DNA of 64,000 bases, taken from contig NW_026782022.1 of assembly GCF_031769215.1 (NCBI RefSeq), positions 434,001 through 498,000 on the forward strand, written 5' to 3'. The first letter of the stretch is position 1. Every line of letters starts with the position of its first letter. The notes below the pieces were generated by a model. That model searched no databases. It was not told where the DNA came from and worked only from the letters and a program-made list of their open reading frames with translations. This document shows, one piece after another, positions 25,401 to 36,859 of the stretch. Source of the DNA: Ylistrum balloti (lineage: Eukaryota). The translations under genes and the position numbers were made by a program.

Positions 25401-27375
25401 GAAATTATCTCGTAAATCTTTCCCGCAAAAGTTTGTACTGAAACAGTTTGTTTTCTTGTAATAGTCCTCACTCCCAGTCAGATAACCTGATACAAATAAA
25501 ATAAAAAAGTCCATTGAGGTCACTTTCATTTGTTAAATCTAATTTTCTTCTTAACAACAAAATTTATTTTCAATGTCATTATAGTTAACAAGAATAATGA
25601 TATAATTTCATAATTTGTGAACTAAGTGAATTGAACTATAAAATGACTTTCTTGCTTTTTCTTCTAGGCAAATGTATTAACCATTAGATTTTATTTATGA
25701 AAATTGATACAAGAACTTGATTTGAACACGCTTTCAAGAAAAACCGAAACCCGTTTACGTGTATGAGAATAAGATGTCCGAAACAATCAATAAAACCCCC
25801 CAAAAAAACTACATTATAAGATATAGGGTCATCCATTTAAGAAATTTTCGAATTTACATTCTATCAAAAAATGTGTTTTAAGCGTCACGTTATTTACCAA
25901 TTTATGTCGATGACTAAGATGATGTTTAAAAAGTGTTGACTATAAAATATAATACGTGTAAAGAATGGTTAGATAACCAATATGAGTATGTTCATTCGCT
26001 GTGATATCAATAGGTCCCAGTGTGTAGCAACTGTTGGTAAACCAATCGGAAACGTCTAACAACACATTGAGGAATTAAGTTTGTTTAATGTCACATTGAT
26101 AAAAAGCGGTTTTACAAACGAGTAGTTCAAACACAAATAAATTATCAGTTTAAAAAAGAAAATGTACAAACATGTTATTGTGATCTGCTCTGTAACTTCA
26201 GTGCTAAATATTCCGTTTTTTAATTGCCCGTCTTCTGCATTTGATCATAAGAAGAGGAATGGAAGAACACGTAGTTTGATTCACAGGTCATATTTTGTCT
26301 ACAAGATTATAGAAATTTCTCAAGGTAACAATTGCATCATATAAAGCCGTCTTACCAAAGAATGTGTCGAAGCCTCTGTTGTTTGGAAGGTACTCCTCCT
26401 TGTAGAAACCTAAGTGCCATTTCCCCACAGCGTGTGTGGAGTACCCAGCCTCCCGCAACTTTTCTGGCAGAATGGGACTGTCTCTTGGTAAGGCATTGGG
26501 CTGAGGAGGCCAGATGATCCCATGCTGCAAGCCAGTGTGAATCTGTAAATTTAACATAGATCGGAGAATAGAGCTGTTCCTTCCGGGAACTAAAAGACTT
26601 CGTAGAGAAATCTTGGAATGAACCAAATATGAGAGTGAGAACAGGAACTGGTTATTTTGCCCTGACCACATCTTTGCATATATGATATTGATATTGCCTT
26701 AATGGGAATTTAATTTTGTTCATATCATACTAAAAAATATTTATATATATTTTAAAATCTATTTTACACTGGCTACGGTATTTATTCATTCAAAAATAAT
26801 TCTTATATGATGTTATAATAAACAGTATCTACGTCAATCCGTGTTCAAACATATCATGTACAATGTATTACCATGAACTACTTCGTCTCCGAGGAAGATG
26901 TGAAGAAGATTGACTAAAGAGCCCCTCAAGCCGGTGTAGCATTGAAAATGGACCCGGAGTTTTCCATAGCTAGCCGGTACTATTTTCAGCTTTTCAATGG
27001 AGGCAATTTTCTAACATTACACCGGCCAGTCTTGATCAAACATACACATATTTGTAAGATGTTTGCAAACGTTTATCTCGATCTATTGAGTCACAGTTTT
27101 AAAACATCAAGTTATACCTGGTATCTCCCAGACATGAGCTGACTCCTGGTAGGTGTACAGATCGGTTGTACATAGTAATTCTCCAGTCGGACGCCTTCTG
27201 CTGACAACTTGTCCAGGTTTGGTGTTTTGATTTCCGATCCATGGTACCCTATATCATTGTATCCGTAATCATCTGCTAAAACAAATAAAATGTGTGGCTG
27301 CTTTGTGTTAGCGACTTTCACAAAACAGAAAGACATGAAAAGGTTAAACACGCAAAAAGTCACTGAAGTCAACAT
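19456..27375 (-). CDS. ARSB: Arylsulfatase B-like, copy C, complete (~498 aa), canonical signal peptide and CTPTR
   Basis: Exons 27375-27118, 26542-26356, 25486-25311, 22292-22181, 21295-21200, 20771-20528, 20150-19999, 19727-19456. All introns are GT-AG, frames join, and the total is 1497 nt. Motifs: [56 protein letters not shown]. Confidence 0.95.
22688..24196 (-). mobile_element. Tc1-family DNA transposon, full length, in intron 3 of ARSB copy C
   Basis: Imperfect ~26-bp TIRs (TACTAAACAAAAAAAGAAAGGTAACA / TGTTAACCTTTCTTTTTTGTTGAGTA), flanked by TA repeats on both sides. Confidence 0.93.
22891..23925 (-). CDS. Tc1 transposase (DD34E), open 344-aa frame
   Basis: N-terminal [18 protein letters not shown] and [11 protein letters not shown] give D-D-34-E spacing (counted). 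The linker reads SDRLR instead of the usual GRPR. Confidence 0.93.
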   Translation of the reverse strand: MLPINFIIMPRLSQVQRERAVSMIQAGESRRRVARHFGCSVKTICQLESRLNQTRSTSDRPRSDRLRKTTARDDCHIRLIHLRNRFVTAVETTRTLFGRRVSPQTVRNRLRAYQLKARRPYTGPNLLRRHRNNRRNWTCVHCRWALRQWNNVLFSDESRFCLQHGDGRRRVWRRRGERFANCCVAERDRFGGGSVMVWGGICEGTRTRLVVLNGNLTGIRYRDEILRPVVLPFLIRHGVGAIFQQDNAPAHTSRVSKPFLQQNNVQVLDWPYKSPDLSPTEHVWDVLGRRLRERQNQPSNLQELAQALIAEWNNISPRIIRWFTSSMRRRWNAVYFANCGHTRY

Positions 27376-28439
27376 CGTGTATCATCTTAGTATGAATCAT
27401 GCAGGAAAGCGAAAAATCGAAAGTAAATCTCGTGACCGAGACGTATGAACGCACTACGGAACAGCCAGTTAAATAGTATCATTCTTCATGGTTTAGTAAA
27501 GGGAGAAACAGCCCGATTTGAGCTGTGTTAGTTTTATCATTTGACTATACATTTTAATGCATGGCACGCGACAGATTTCCGATATATTGTCAAGTGAGTT
27601 GAAGGAGAAATAAACGTAACAAGCAAACCACCATTAAATCTATATGTATGAGTAATTTTAGCGTATACATGTATCCTAAACACACATACTACACAAAAAA
27701 GTATACAGTACATTCACATTATCGTTTTGACACCAATACTTATATGTACTTAACGGTTTTTTTTTTTAAATAACAGATATATCAGAATTAAGAAAGCGAT
27801 ATGGCGTGTTACCGCCTGATTCGACATATAAGCGACCAAAAGTATAATGAAAAATGGAAAAAAAATCATTTCGATGAATCCGAGTAGGTCATGTCAATGA
27901 GTTGTAGCCAAATACCAATTGTCAGAGAAATATCTTTGATACATGTCAAATGTATTTTTTCACAGATCGTCAAGGTTGCTACCGGAACTATATGCTCTAA
28001 AATATGGGGTCTTCACTGGCTTGAAATGCAATTTGGACACATAAGGCGCACATGTACATACATATGTATATGCCTACTTTTAGGCAGTTGAACCTAATGC
28101 AGTGCTGTAGTCATGGTAGAATGTCATCACAATGTTCAATACAACTTCAGGTTTATATAGAGTCACGCATTAAGGAGTAATCCAGCCACTGAATGTTGTA
28201 TATTTAATAGTAATATCGCCAGTGACATACACGGTAAGCACGTACACCACCGATAACTCTTCTATATTTAGACACGGTGACTCCGAATGCACGTTTATCT
28301 GTCGTCATTAATCATGTATTTTTAGATCGACCAAAGAGATAAACTAAAATAGGTGCTCCATCACGGTAAAGCACAATACCTCTTTATCGCATTAATAGGC
28401 TAGCGAACTTCCCAACCAAATTTTGAAATTTCTTTCATC

Positions 28440-28560
28440 ATATTTCTTCGGTATTTCTTAGTTGCTTCCCAGGCTTCAAAATTTCGTCCTTTAACATCAT
28501 TGACGAGTCTTACAAAGACGAATCAGCTGTGTGGTACAGTTTAATTCACTGTTTGGTCCT
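28440..28560 (+). repeat. Degenerate copy of the hammerhead-bearing repeat
   Basis: cccaggcttcaaaatttcgtcctttaacatca-TTGACGA-GTCT TACAA AGAC-GAAT-C AGCT G-TG. Stem II is perfect and the loop AGCT is palindromic, but there are core substitutions (C3U, GAAU, GUG). Confidence 0.6.
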
Positions 28561-28591
28561 AAATAAAAGTTGTAATCCTCAACTTTTGTGC

Positions 28592-28757
28592 TATAGTGCC
28601 CAGATAAATACCCAGTTATTGCCCAGTTATTGCTATAATGCCCAGTTATTGCTAAAATGCCCAGTTATTACCCAGTTATTGCGAAAGTGCCTAGTTATTG
28701 CTAAAGTGCCCAGTTATTGCCCAGTTATTGCCCAGTTATTGCTATATAGTGCCCAGG
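28592..28757. repeat. Minisatellite of GCCCAGTTATT (11 nt) with 19-nt variant units
   Basis: Directly visible tandem units gcccagttatt and gcccagttattgctaaaat. Confidence 0.9.
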
Positions 28758-31700
28758 TAGGGCTCAGTCGACATTATAAGATTATAAGATAGCTCAAACC
28801 GACCACCGAAAATTGTTGCTAACTCGAGACTTGAAGAACAACTGCTCAAGCACAACGTAGTTATAGGTCCCGTGATACATAATCACAATTTTAAAACTAC
28901 TCATTGAAAAAAAATTGATTTGATTAACACTTTTTTCAGTTTCAAAGATTGAGTCGGTTCGTTTCCATAGACTTTGGTTACTATTTCTCAGACATCATTT
29001 TTTTCATTTGTATATATACAGATATAGTTATAGTTTTACATGTATTTGGTTGAATTTACACTACGTTTTTCATTAATGTAAATGGGACAAAAGTTAATTT
29101 TGAAACAATTACAGGCACACATATGCTTAGCTCTCATCATGTGATACATCAATCTTCCAAATATACTTGTGTAACTTATAGAGTGTATAAATGTCCATTG
29201 TATGTAAATCTTTCAATTGGTTTTGTTCACTTTTCGCTAGCTATAGATATTTCAACATTTTGGCATTACGTAAGTGATACATAGTTGGTATGTCAAGGGA
29301 CTTAATTCTAAGAAGTATCCTCGTTAAGATAAAGGACAAAACTACTTTCTGATCCATTTGACCTGACCTCGACTCTACATAGTAATAGTCCGGGGAACGC
29401 CCCTTTGAGTTAAGATTGAGATACTTTCTAAACATATAGAAGTAGGATCTTTTTACAAATTTCTTCATAAATACTATTCCAAAAAGTTATAGCTGAGGGT
29501 AAGAACGATCCGAATAAAACTCGGTTGTACATCTGATGCCTGTTAAATTGTTATCCTGTCTGGTGTTATTACTGTATATCATCAGCATATCTATTTGGAT
29601 GTACTAATTGCAGACAGTCTGTTTATTTTGGCCGATCGATTTACAGACCGTTGAATGGGTTTCTCAACCAGTGTTTCTAAAATGTCATTTGATTCAGTAT
29701 TTATTAATTCTATTTTTGCTCCCGACAGCAGAAGTTGTCCCGATTTAGAACCACGTTTCAAACTTAATATTACATTAGAAATTGACTTCAACATTTAGAA
29801 GATAAGGACCATACTGCTTCCCCATTTTAGGTAACTTTTTTTAATTATATGATCAGCTAATCGAAACTGTCTTCCTTTTTCAATAATCATTGTCACCAAT
29901 CTATATATTTTGAGAGGAAGATGGTGTCCAAACGAAGTGATTTGCTTGCGGGTATGTTTTCAGGGATAACTGCTGTAAACAAGAACTATGTGCTTTTATT
30001 AGTAACGTTTTCTCTCTTTATCAAACATAAATTAGTGTATCCTTGTACTCATTATTTCATTCATTCATCCATGTATTCATTGATTCATTTCTGTTTACTA
30101 ACAACTATTAGACCAAAGATTGGAATTAGGGATGGGAAATCATGAAGAAAAACATACACATTGGGAATTGATAACAAAAATGTTTTTTTGTTTTGTTTTT
30201 TTGTTTTTTGTTTTAAAGGGGGGTATTGAATTCGTTTATACAAAATATCAATTGCCACTGCAAAGTGTTGTCCTTGTAAATATTTGATAACACATTATTG
30301 GTAGGGAATAAACCACTGCTAGTATTAACTGAGGGCTTTCCGAACGTAAAAAAGGAAAGAATGTTTTTGATATTTGTATAAAACTTATTACATCAGCATC
30401 ATTAGCGTCATTGTCACAGTGAAAGCATGAACTATTTGACACTATTTGACGATGTATTTTGTTCTTACACTTCTAACAGCAGACATGTGACATTTTTGTT
30501 TAATAATATCTTTATATCAAAACCATCAAGTTAACATAGACTCTCTAGGAAACTATATGATATTAGATCTAACTAATACAAAACCAGCAGCCCGCACACT
30601 TTCTGCAGCAATATATGGTGACAGCGATGACAGTCCTAATTTATGTAGATGAAGATTACACCTATTTACTAGAATTAGCTCCAGGTCAGTCAGAGTCACG
30701 TGAAGGTTTACCTATTTTAACTGAATATCCTATTTTAGCAATAAATAATATGAAAAAATTGTAAATTATCAGGCTTAAACGGTTTCACAGTTGTAATTTA
30801 CAATTTCACTGAATAGATTTTAAAGTACTTATTTACAATGTATTTAACCATTCCTATTTATCAGGGATGTCTTCGATTACTCAGCGCCAAGTTGTTATGA
30901 CATGTAACCTAATAAACCTAGAGAATGTTTGAAAAATATCGCCTATCTCATTCTTAAAGGTAGATTATAAAATTGCCACTTTATAGGTAAAAGGTTTTTA
31001 TCACTTCTTGATAACGATACGAAAAACAGTTTATGAATTGTCGATACATTGGTAAGTGCAAAAGGATTTGGCATATAAGTGTACTAAAAAATTGATAATT
31101 GTAAACAGAGCAATCACACAAAGGGACAAAAACGCCACACTAAAACAAAAGATGGTTTTATGTGTATTTTACAGACTCGTCACCTCGTCAGGTGCACTTA
31201 TTTAATATCTGAAGTGAATAACTATAATTTCACATAATACACATATACAACAAACACACACTAACAGTTAGAGGAATAAAGCAGGGTCCCTTTAAAAGCT
31301 AAAATAGGGCTTACAGCAGGAGCGTAAGACACTCCCCTCCTCAAGATTAGTAGTACCTCTATCCCATTCCAATACACCACCTCAGTACCTACAAGTCCAT
31401 CCCATAACATTCACTCGGCATTAAGTGATCTTGTAATATTAACCAATTAGTAAATTCATACAAACACTTCCAACCTCTCCACATACTAACCTCACAGTCA
31501 CAAAATGTCATTATATAAGCGATAGAAAGCGAACAGTGGAGCAAGGTTCTGTGTGGATTTACAAAAAATATCGACATTGATAAAGAGAGCAGTATATATA
31601 TTGGCAAATAGAGACGGAAAGACGATTTATACCTGTAGGGACACCAAAACAGATCACCGCAAGCACCTTACTAACAACTAACCAATAACTCACAGTCCGT

Positions 31701-32159
31701 AGGATGGGACTTAAAATGGTGGCCTGTGTAGTAATGTCCAACTCGCACGATAAAGAGTGTGCGTGATAAGGCCGGCCCATAGATCAGGGGTAGGTTAGTA
31801 ATAGAGATTACTTATTTTTGATGGACTTCCAAAATACTATCAACATATCGAAACTTACTAAATGTAGGATCCCCTTTCTCTTCTTCTGTGTCCTTATCCG
31901 GCCCTCTTACTTCGAAGTGCTTAGTGTTAGGCTAGGTCTACAATTAGGCTAGAGAGCCGTCGTCTAAATCATAGTAACAAGTCAAGTAGCAGAGACGGAC
32001 ACCCCCTACATTATCTCAGTATTCCACTCTCTCCCATCACTTCCTATTCTTCCCTTCTACTCATTTTCCTGTTTTTTCTCGTCCGCCGAAAGGCTTAAAG
32101 GCCTTGATATTGTACGTGAAACCCGTTAAATAAATAATTAGATGATGATTGTAAAATTC

Positions 32160-32990
32160 CAGGTCGACTTCTACCTCTGAATTTTGGGAAAATAGCTATT
32201 GATTCATTAGAATGCTTTTTTTTAAGAAAAGTCTTATAAAATGGGAAGTTATTCTACCGCGATACAAGTGCTGCATTGCAAATAATGGCATATGTTCTGA
32301 CATTTTTGGTATCCAAAGAGGATTCCGACAGGGAGATCCCCTATCGCCAAATTTGTTTATTTCAGAGACTGAAACACTAAGTGCAGTATGAAAAAAAATC
32401 TCAGTTGTAAATGGTATCAAAATGAATGTTTATGAATTTATTGTTTGACAATATGCTTACGATTCAGCACTTACGCTAGACGGAAAAGATTCTAGATTTA
32501 TTTTGGAAATGTTCTTGGTTAAAAAGCGAAGTTGGGCAAAACTAAAGCTATATTTGGTTCGGATCTAAAGGGGTCCTCATCCGAAACTCTTATCCCATAG
32601 AAATCTTCAGTGGAATTAAATAGGAAATTCAAACTTTTAGGTAAAACTTACACAACTTTCGTTAATTAAGAAAAGACATCAAAAGGAAAAATGAAACATT
32701 TTAAACATATTGGAAAGGTCACGGAATAAGATGTTTGGCTTTGCCTGTTGCCAAATCCACAACCTCATTTTACTTCTATCATCAAATTTCATTCCTTAAT
32801 TTGGAATTAACAATTATGGAAAATGGAGAAACGATACATTTTGCTAGTTTTATGAAAGCATAGAAATAACTTGAATCAAAATGCTTCTCCGGGAAGATAA
32901 CCATTCTTCATGTAACGCCTTATTCATTGGCGACATAGAAAAATATTTACACAGTAAATCATATACTTGCCAGGGTCGTATATAACACTT
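32160..32990 (+). mobile_element. Degenerate L1/Tx1-clade reverse transcriptase fragment
   Basis: Plus frame CCIANNGICSDIFGIQRGFRQGDPLSPNLFI...GIK...QYAYD (YADD decayed), preceded by a decayed DFEKAFDSLEW-like segment. Stops are present and the right boundary is approximate. Confidence 0.75.
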
Positions 32991-33325
32991 TTCTCTTATC
33001 TTGCCAGTCTAATCTTTTTGGAAGGATGTATTGTTGGTTCTGGCGGCAGACTTAAAGGAAGAACCAACAACTACCCAACTGTAAACAATTCATGTGCCAT
33101 AGTAATTATGTAACCGTTCTAAACTTTGTTGCTGACTTAATAGATGATAATGGCAGTATCTTGACAAATAGAAAACTACAGACATCACATTCCTTAGATA
33201 TTAAATAAATCATATGTAGTGTTAAGTAACCAACGACAAAATAACAATCAGCAGTCGGCGGTAATAGCAGCAAGGACTTGAATTTTTCCGGGTTCTTGGC
33301 TTTGTACTTTAGATTCGCCTTCACA

Positions 33326-33333
33326 CCGGAAGT
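33326..33333 (+). promoter_or_regulatory. ETS-type motif CCGGAAGT near probable TSS of the Kelch gene
   Basis: Exact CCGGAAGT in a locally CpG-richer patch, ~70 nt upstream of a strong donor ACATG|GTAAGC at 33405/33406. Confidence 0.4.
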
Positions 33334-34419
33334 TGATACCATGTAGTGTCTTCGATGCTGCACGCTGTGCTGCGTTAGCACGTACTTAAACCAAAGTGAC
33401 ACATGGTAAGCTCATGACATTTGCAATGGTGTCATTATTCATTTATTACTGTGAATTCATGCGTAGACGACTGGGCATTGACCGCCAAAACAAATCGACA
33501 TTTAACTCGTTTTTATGTTAACATTTCGATTGTGTAAGCACATTTCGACCTATGCCGAGGGCGCTTGTTACTGCTGAGAACAGGTACTTGTGGATTCAAT
33601 TTCAATAGCACTTGAAAATAACACAGCACACAATAACCGAAGTTTTTTATAAGGCTATTGTGTGGTTTGATATTTTTGAGTGCTATGGAAGTTGAGTCCA
33701 CAAATACTTGTACTAAGAACTGGTCTTGGAGAATTGGAGACATTCTTCACCTGAGAGGGTAGACAATGTCTTACAATATATTTAAAGGACTCCTGCTGCT
33801 AAATTAATCACTATTACTAAGCTTAGATACTTTTACTTAGCTTTGAGTTAATAGTATTAATATTCGATGTTCAACATAAGTGATAACTGTCTTGGTTCAT
33901 AGAAACACATTTCAATTGCTTCAAATGGCATAATTCAGGGTTTAGTAGGTTAAATGACATCTAGGGGGTGCTTTCGTTTATCTGGTTGTAATGGCACAGA
34001 CATTGCATGATTTCATTCAGCATATAAGAACATACCCCAATCAATGTTTTCATTCCAACTTCTCTGAGTTTCGCTGACACTTCCTTTACTACCACATACT
34101 ATCATGTACATTTTTGAATACTGTTAAAACTAGGCGAACAAAAAGTGGTTCTTTTATTTCATCAAAAATATTTATGATCTAAGCAAGGAGTGTCATGTCG
34201 ATGTCCCAAACTGCATAAATTTGTCAAGAATATTCGTAAAGATGAGACTAAATTTTTTATGATTCAAGGGTCTGACTAATCTGCTGCCTAATTAAGGTAA
34301 ATAGAGGTAAATCTTCGAAATTCTACATCTGTACATTGGAACAAAAAGATTTTGACGATATTTAATCTGAATCATCTTTTGATGTATCAACAAAATTAAA
34401 TCTTGAGGACACCATGATC

Positions 34420-34855
34420 ATTACATGGTGGGCTGTTCATCAAGTTGCCTGTAACTGTTTGTAAACCTGTCCTTAAACAAGCCTTGTTATCACTTTTTGT
34501 TTAGAAGCACTGAATGGATCAATTTGAAATTTCAGTTGTATGTTTCCCTTGACCCCTTCTTGTGCTCATTTGTGTTTGGGACTAATCAAGATGGCCAACA
34601 TACCAGACAGTAATCTTGGTTTTCGACAGTTATAATTTGCGCTTGTTATTTCTTGGAAAGTAAAGGATGGATGTTTTTTCAGAGCCATATATAATTTTCC
34701 TTTGTTCTCAAGTTGTTTCCTTTTGGCCACCAAATAGGATTAGATTAGGAAGTATTGTTATCGCTGTCAACATTTAAAATATTTTACCTGTTTAGATAAA
34801 GCAATTTTAACCAGACCAGGTGATCAATACAGACCTTACTGGTACCTATATTGTG
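34420..34855 (-). mobile_element. Degenerate HINE-like element in intron 1 of the Kelch gene
   Basis: Right end CCAGGTGATCAATACAGACC...TATATTGT resembles the reverse complement of the family 5' end; the left boundary is approximate. Confidence 0.45.
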
Positions 34856-35002
34856 TGCAATGTATGTAAAAGAAACAGTTAAGGTATAGGATAGATGTTT
34901 AAGTAATCTAATGCAGAAATTAAAATGAATATGTATTCGTAAATATTTTTTAACCACTCATTAGCTGTATGTTATTATTCATTGCTCTTACTTCCCCTGT
35001 AG

Positions 35003-36859
35003 ATGGCAGATGTGGATGCATCTTCTAACCATTCCCAGGATAAAAATGATGATGAGGATGATCATGAGCCAGAAGATGATGGGCCATACCTTGGTCGTGA
35101 CCTCCATGAAGGGATTCAAGCTTTGTACCATGAAAAAAGTTTAACTGATGTTACTATAGTGGTAGATTCAGAAAAGTTTCCATGTCATCGACTGGTTCTA
35201 GCCTCACTGTCACCATTTTTCAGAAGCATGTTTACAAGTGAATTTAAAGAAAAGTCTCAAGATGAGGTTGAATTGAAATGTGTCAATGCAGCAACTTTCA
35301 AATGCATACTCGACTACATATATGCCTTTGATGAAGTGATTGATAATGATAATGTACAGGAGTTGCTTAAATCAGCATGCATGTTAGGGATAGGGTCACT
35401 TCAGTATGATTGTGAGAACTTTATCATTGACAAACTCACCTTCGAAGACTGTGCTTCAACACTCAAATTTGCAAAAGCACATTCATGTAAGAAACTGGCA
35501 GACTCTTGTCTAGAAAAACTAGGTGAAAAGTTTGATAAGTTCAGTGCATCAGAGGATTTTTTAGACCTAGACAAGGAAGATGTGATAGAAATGATGAAAA
35601 TGGAAATTCTGACTACTTCTGCAGAAGAGAACACAGTTGAAGCAGTTATGAAATGGGTGACTTACAAAAGTGAAGAACGCCAAGTTGGTGCTGTTTTGTA
35701 TGATGTGTTAGAATATGTGAAGTTTCCACTGATGCAGGCTGAGTACCTGTTTGAGTTGACCGAGTGTTATCCCATCCTCTGTGAAAATAGTCATGTTCGA
35801 AGTTTATTAGATGAGGCCAAGCTTTATCACTGTAATGGAGTTCGTCGTCATGAGATTTCATCACATCGGACACATTACAGGAAAAAGAGCAAGCTCACAA
35901 ATATCATGTTCAGTGTTAAGTGTGACAATACACCCTCTCTATATGCATACAGTTTCCAGGAAGAAAATTGGGGGTTCCAGCGTTTTACAAGTCCAACAGC
36001 ATATGGCTTAGGTACTGCATCTTGTATCTATGGTAATGATTTGTATGTACATGGTGGGGTTGCAAACTCCCGTGGACAACTACAAAAATTCATTTCACAG
36101 ACCAACAATTGGGTGAAATGTCCATCATCTGGAAAGCGCATGTATAACCATGCATTGGTCTGTGTGAGACAGTGTTTATATGCTATTGGTGGCTGCGAGG
36201 TTGAACACAACCGGGTGATGTCAGGGATTATGGAGTTTGATGTCACTAGCGAGTCATGGGCACCAGTTACGAAAGCAGCTCTCCCATGTGCAGTACATAC
36301 TTTTAGTGCAACAGCTATTGATAGAAAAGTCTACATTTTTGGGGGAAAGACCAGAGAAGATAGTGCTTCCTTAAAAATCCAGTGTTTTGACACAGTTTCC
36401 AGACAAACAACAGTCTTTGGTGACCTACCTGTTCCTGTTGCTTTGAGTGGTGCTATTACTGTGGACAAGACAGTGTACCTTGCATCTGGGGCAGGAGAAA
36501 TAATCCAATGGACACCAAGAGATGGAGGATTGATTATCAAGTCTGTGCTGAAGAAGGAAAGGTCTAAAGAACGAGGTACTCAGTTGGTGTACCACAACAA
36601 AAAGTTGGTAGTCTTCTCTGCTTTTGATTATGAGGATTATGAACTCTTGCCAATTTCTGAAAATTGTCTTGTAGATTTGGAATCAGGAAATATTGAACAT
36701 CCCTGGATGAACTTTCCTGAGCTGTCCACTTGGGGTCGGGCAGACCGATGTAGAATGCATTTGTGTATAGCCCCGAGATCCTACTTCATGTCACATCTGG
36801 ATGACCCTAACCCAGATGATGAAAGCAATGACGAAAATGGAGATGAAGATCAGAGTTAA
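35003..36859 (+). CDS. BTB-BACK-Kelch (kelch-like) protein, 618 aa, one large coding exon
   Basis: LTDVTIVV...FPCHRLVLASLSPFFRSMF (BTB), BACK region, Kelch GG repeats (LYVHGG, LYAIGG, VYIFGG) and acidic termini. A splice acceptor cttcccctgtag directly precedes the ATG. Confidence 0.93.
   Translation: MADVDASSNHSQDKNDDEDDHEPEDDGPYLGRDLHEGIQALYHEKSLTDVTIVVDSEKFPCHRLVLASLSPFFRSMFTSEFKEKSQDEVELKCVNAATFKCILDYIYAFDEVIDNDNVQELLKSACMLGIGSLQYDCENFIIDKLTFEDCASTLKFAKAHSCKKLADSCLEKLGEKFDKFSASEDFLDLDKEDVIEMMKMEILTTSAEENTVEAVMKWVTYKSEERQVGAVLYDVLEYVKFPLMQAEYLFELTECYPILCENSHVRSLLDEAKLYHCNGVRRHEISSHRTHYRKKSKLTNIMFSVKCDNTPSLYAYSFQEENWGFQRFTSPTAYGLGTASCIYGNDLYVHGGVANSRGQLQKFISQTNNWVKCPSSGKRMYNHALVCVRQCLYAIGGCEVEHNRVMSGIMEFDVTSESWAPVTKAALPCAVHTFSATAIDRKVYIFGGKTREDSASLKIQCFDTVSRQTTVFGDLPVPVALSGAITVDKTVYLASGAGEIIQWTPRDGGLIIKSVLKKERSKERGTQLVYHNKKLVVFSAFDYEDYELLPISENCLVDLESGNIEHPWMNFPELSTWGRADRCRMHLCIAPRSYFMSHLDDPNPDDESNDENGDEDQS

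Noticed and set aside
145-26517. Plus-strand ORFs such as 145-327, 7151-7417, 9481-9720, 20564-20794, 26332-26517
   Set aside because: Antisense shadows of ARSB exons; no independent protein features.
26930-27026. 97-bp segment bounded by 9-bp inverted repeats GCCGGTGTA/TACACCGGC
   Set aside because: May be a tiny MITE, but there is no clear TSD and only one copy in the window.
28529-28792. 87-aa ORF with repetitive CPVIAQLL
   Set aside because: Translation of the minisatellite.
29241-30500. Several short minus-strand ORFs suggesting a decayed gene
   Set aside because: No motif or consistent splice structure recognised.
35401-36540. Minus-strand ORFs overlapping the Kelch CDS and short ORFs overlapping the 55.5-58.6 kb exon
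   Set aside because: Antisense or alternative-frame shadows without independent support.
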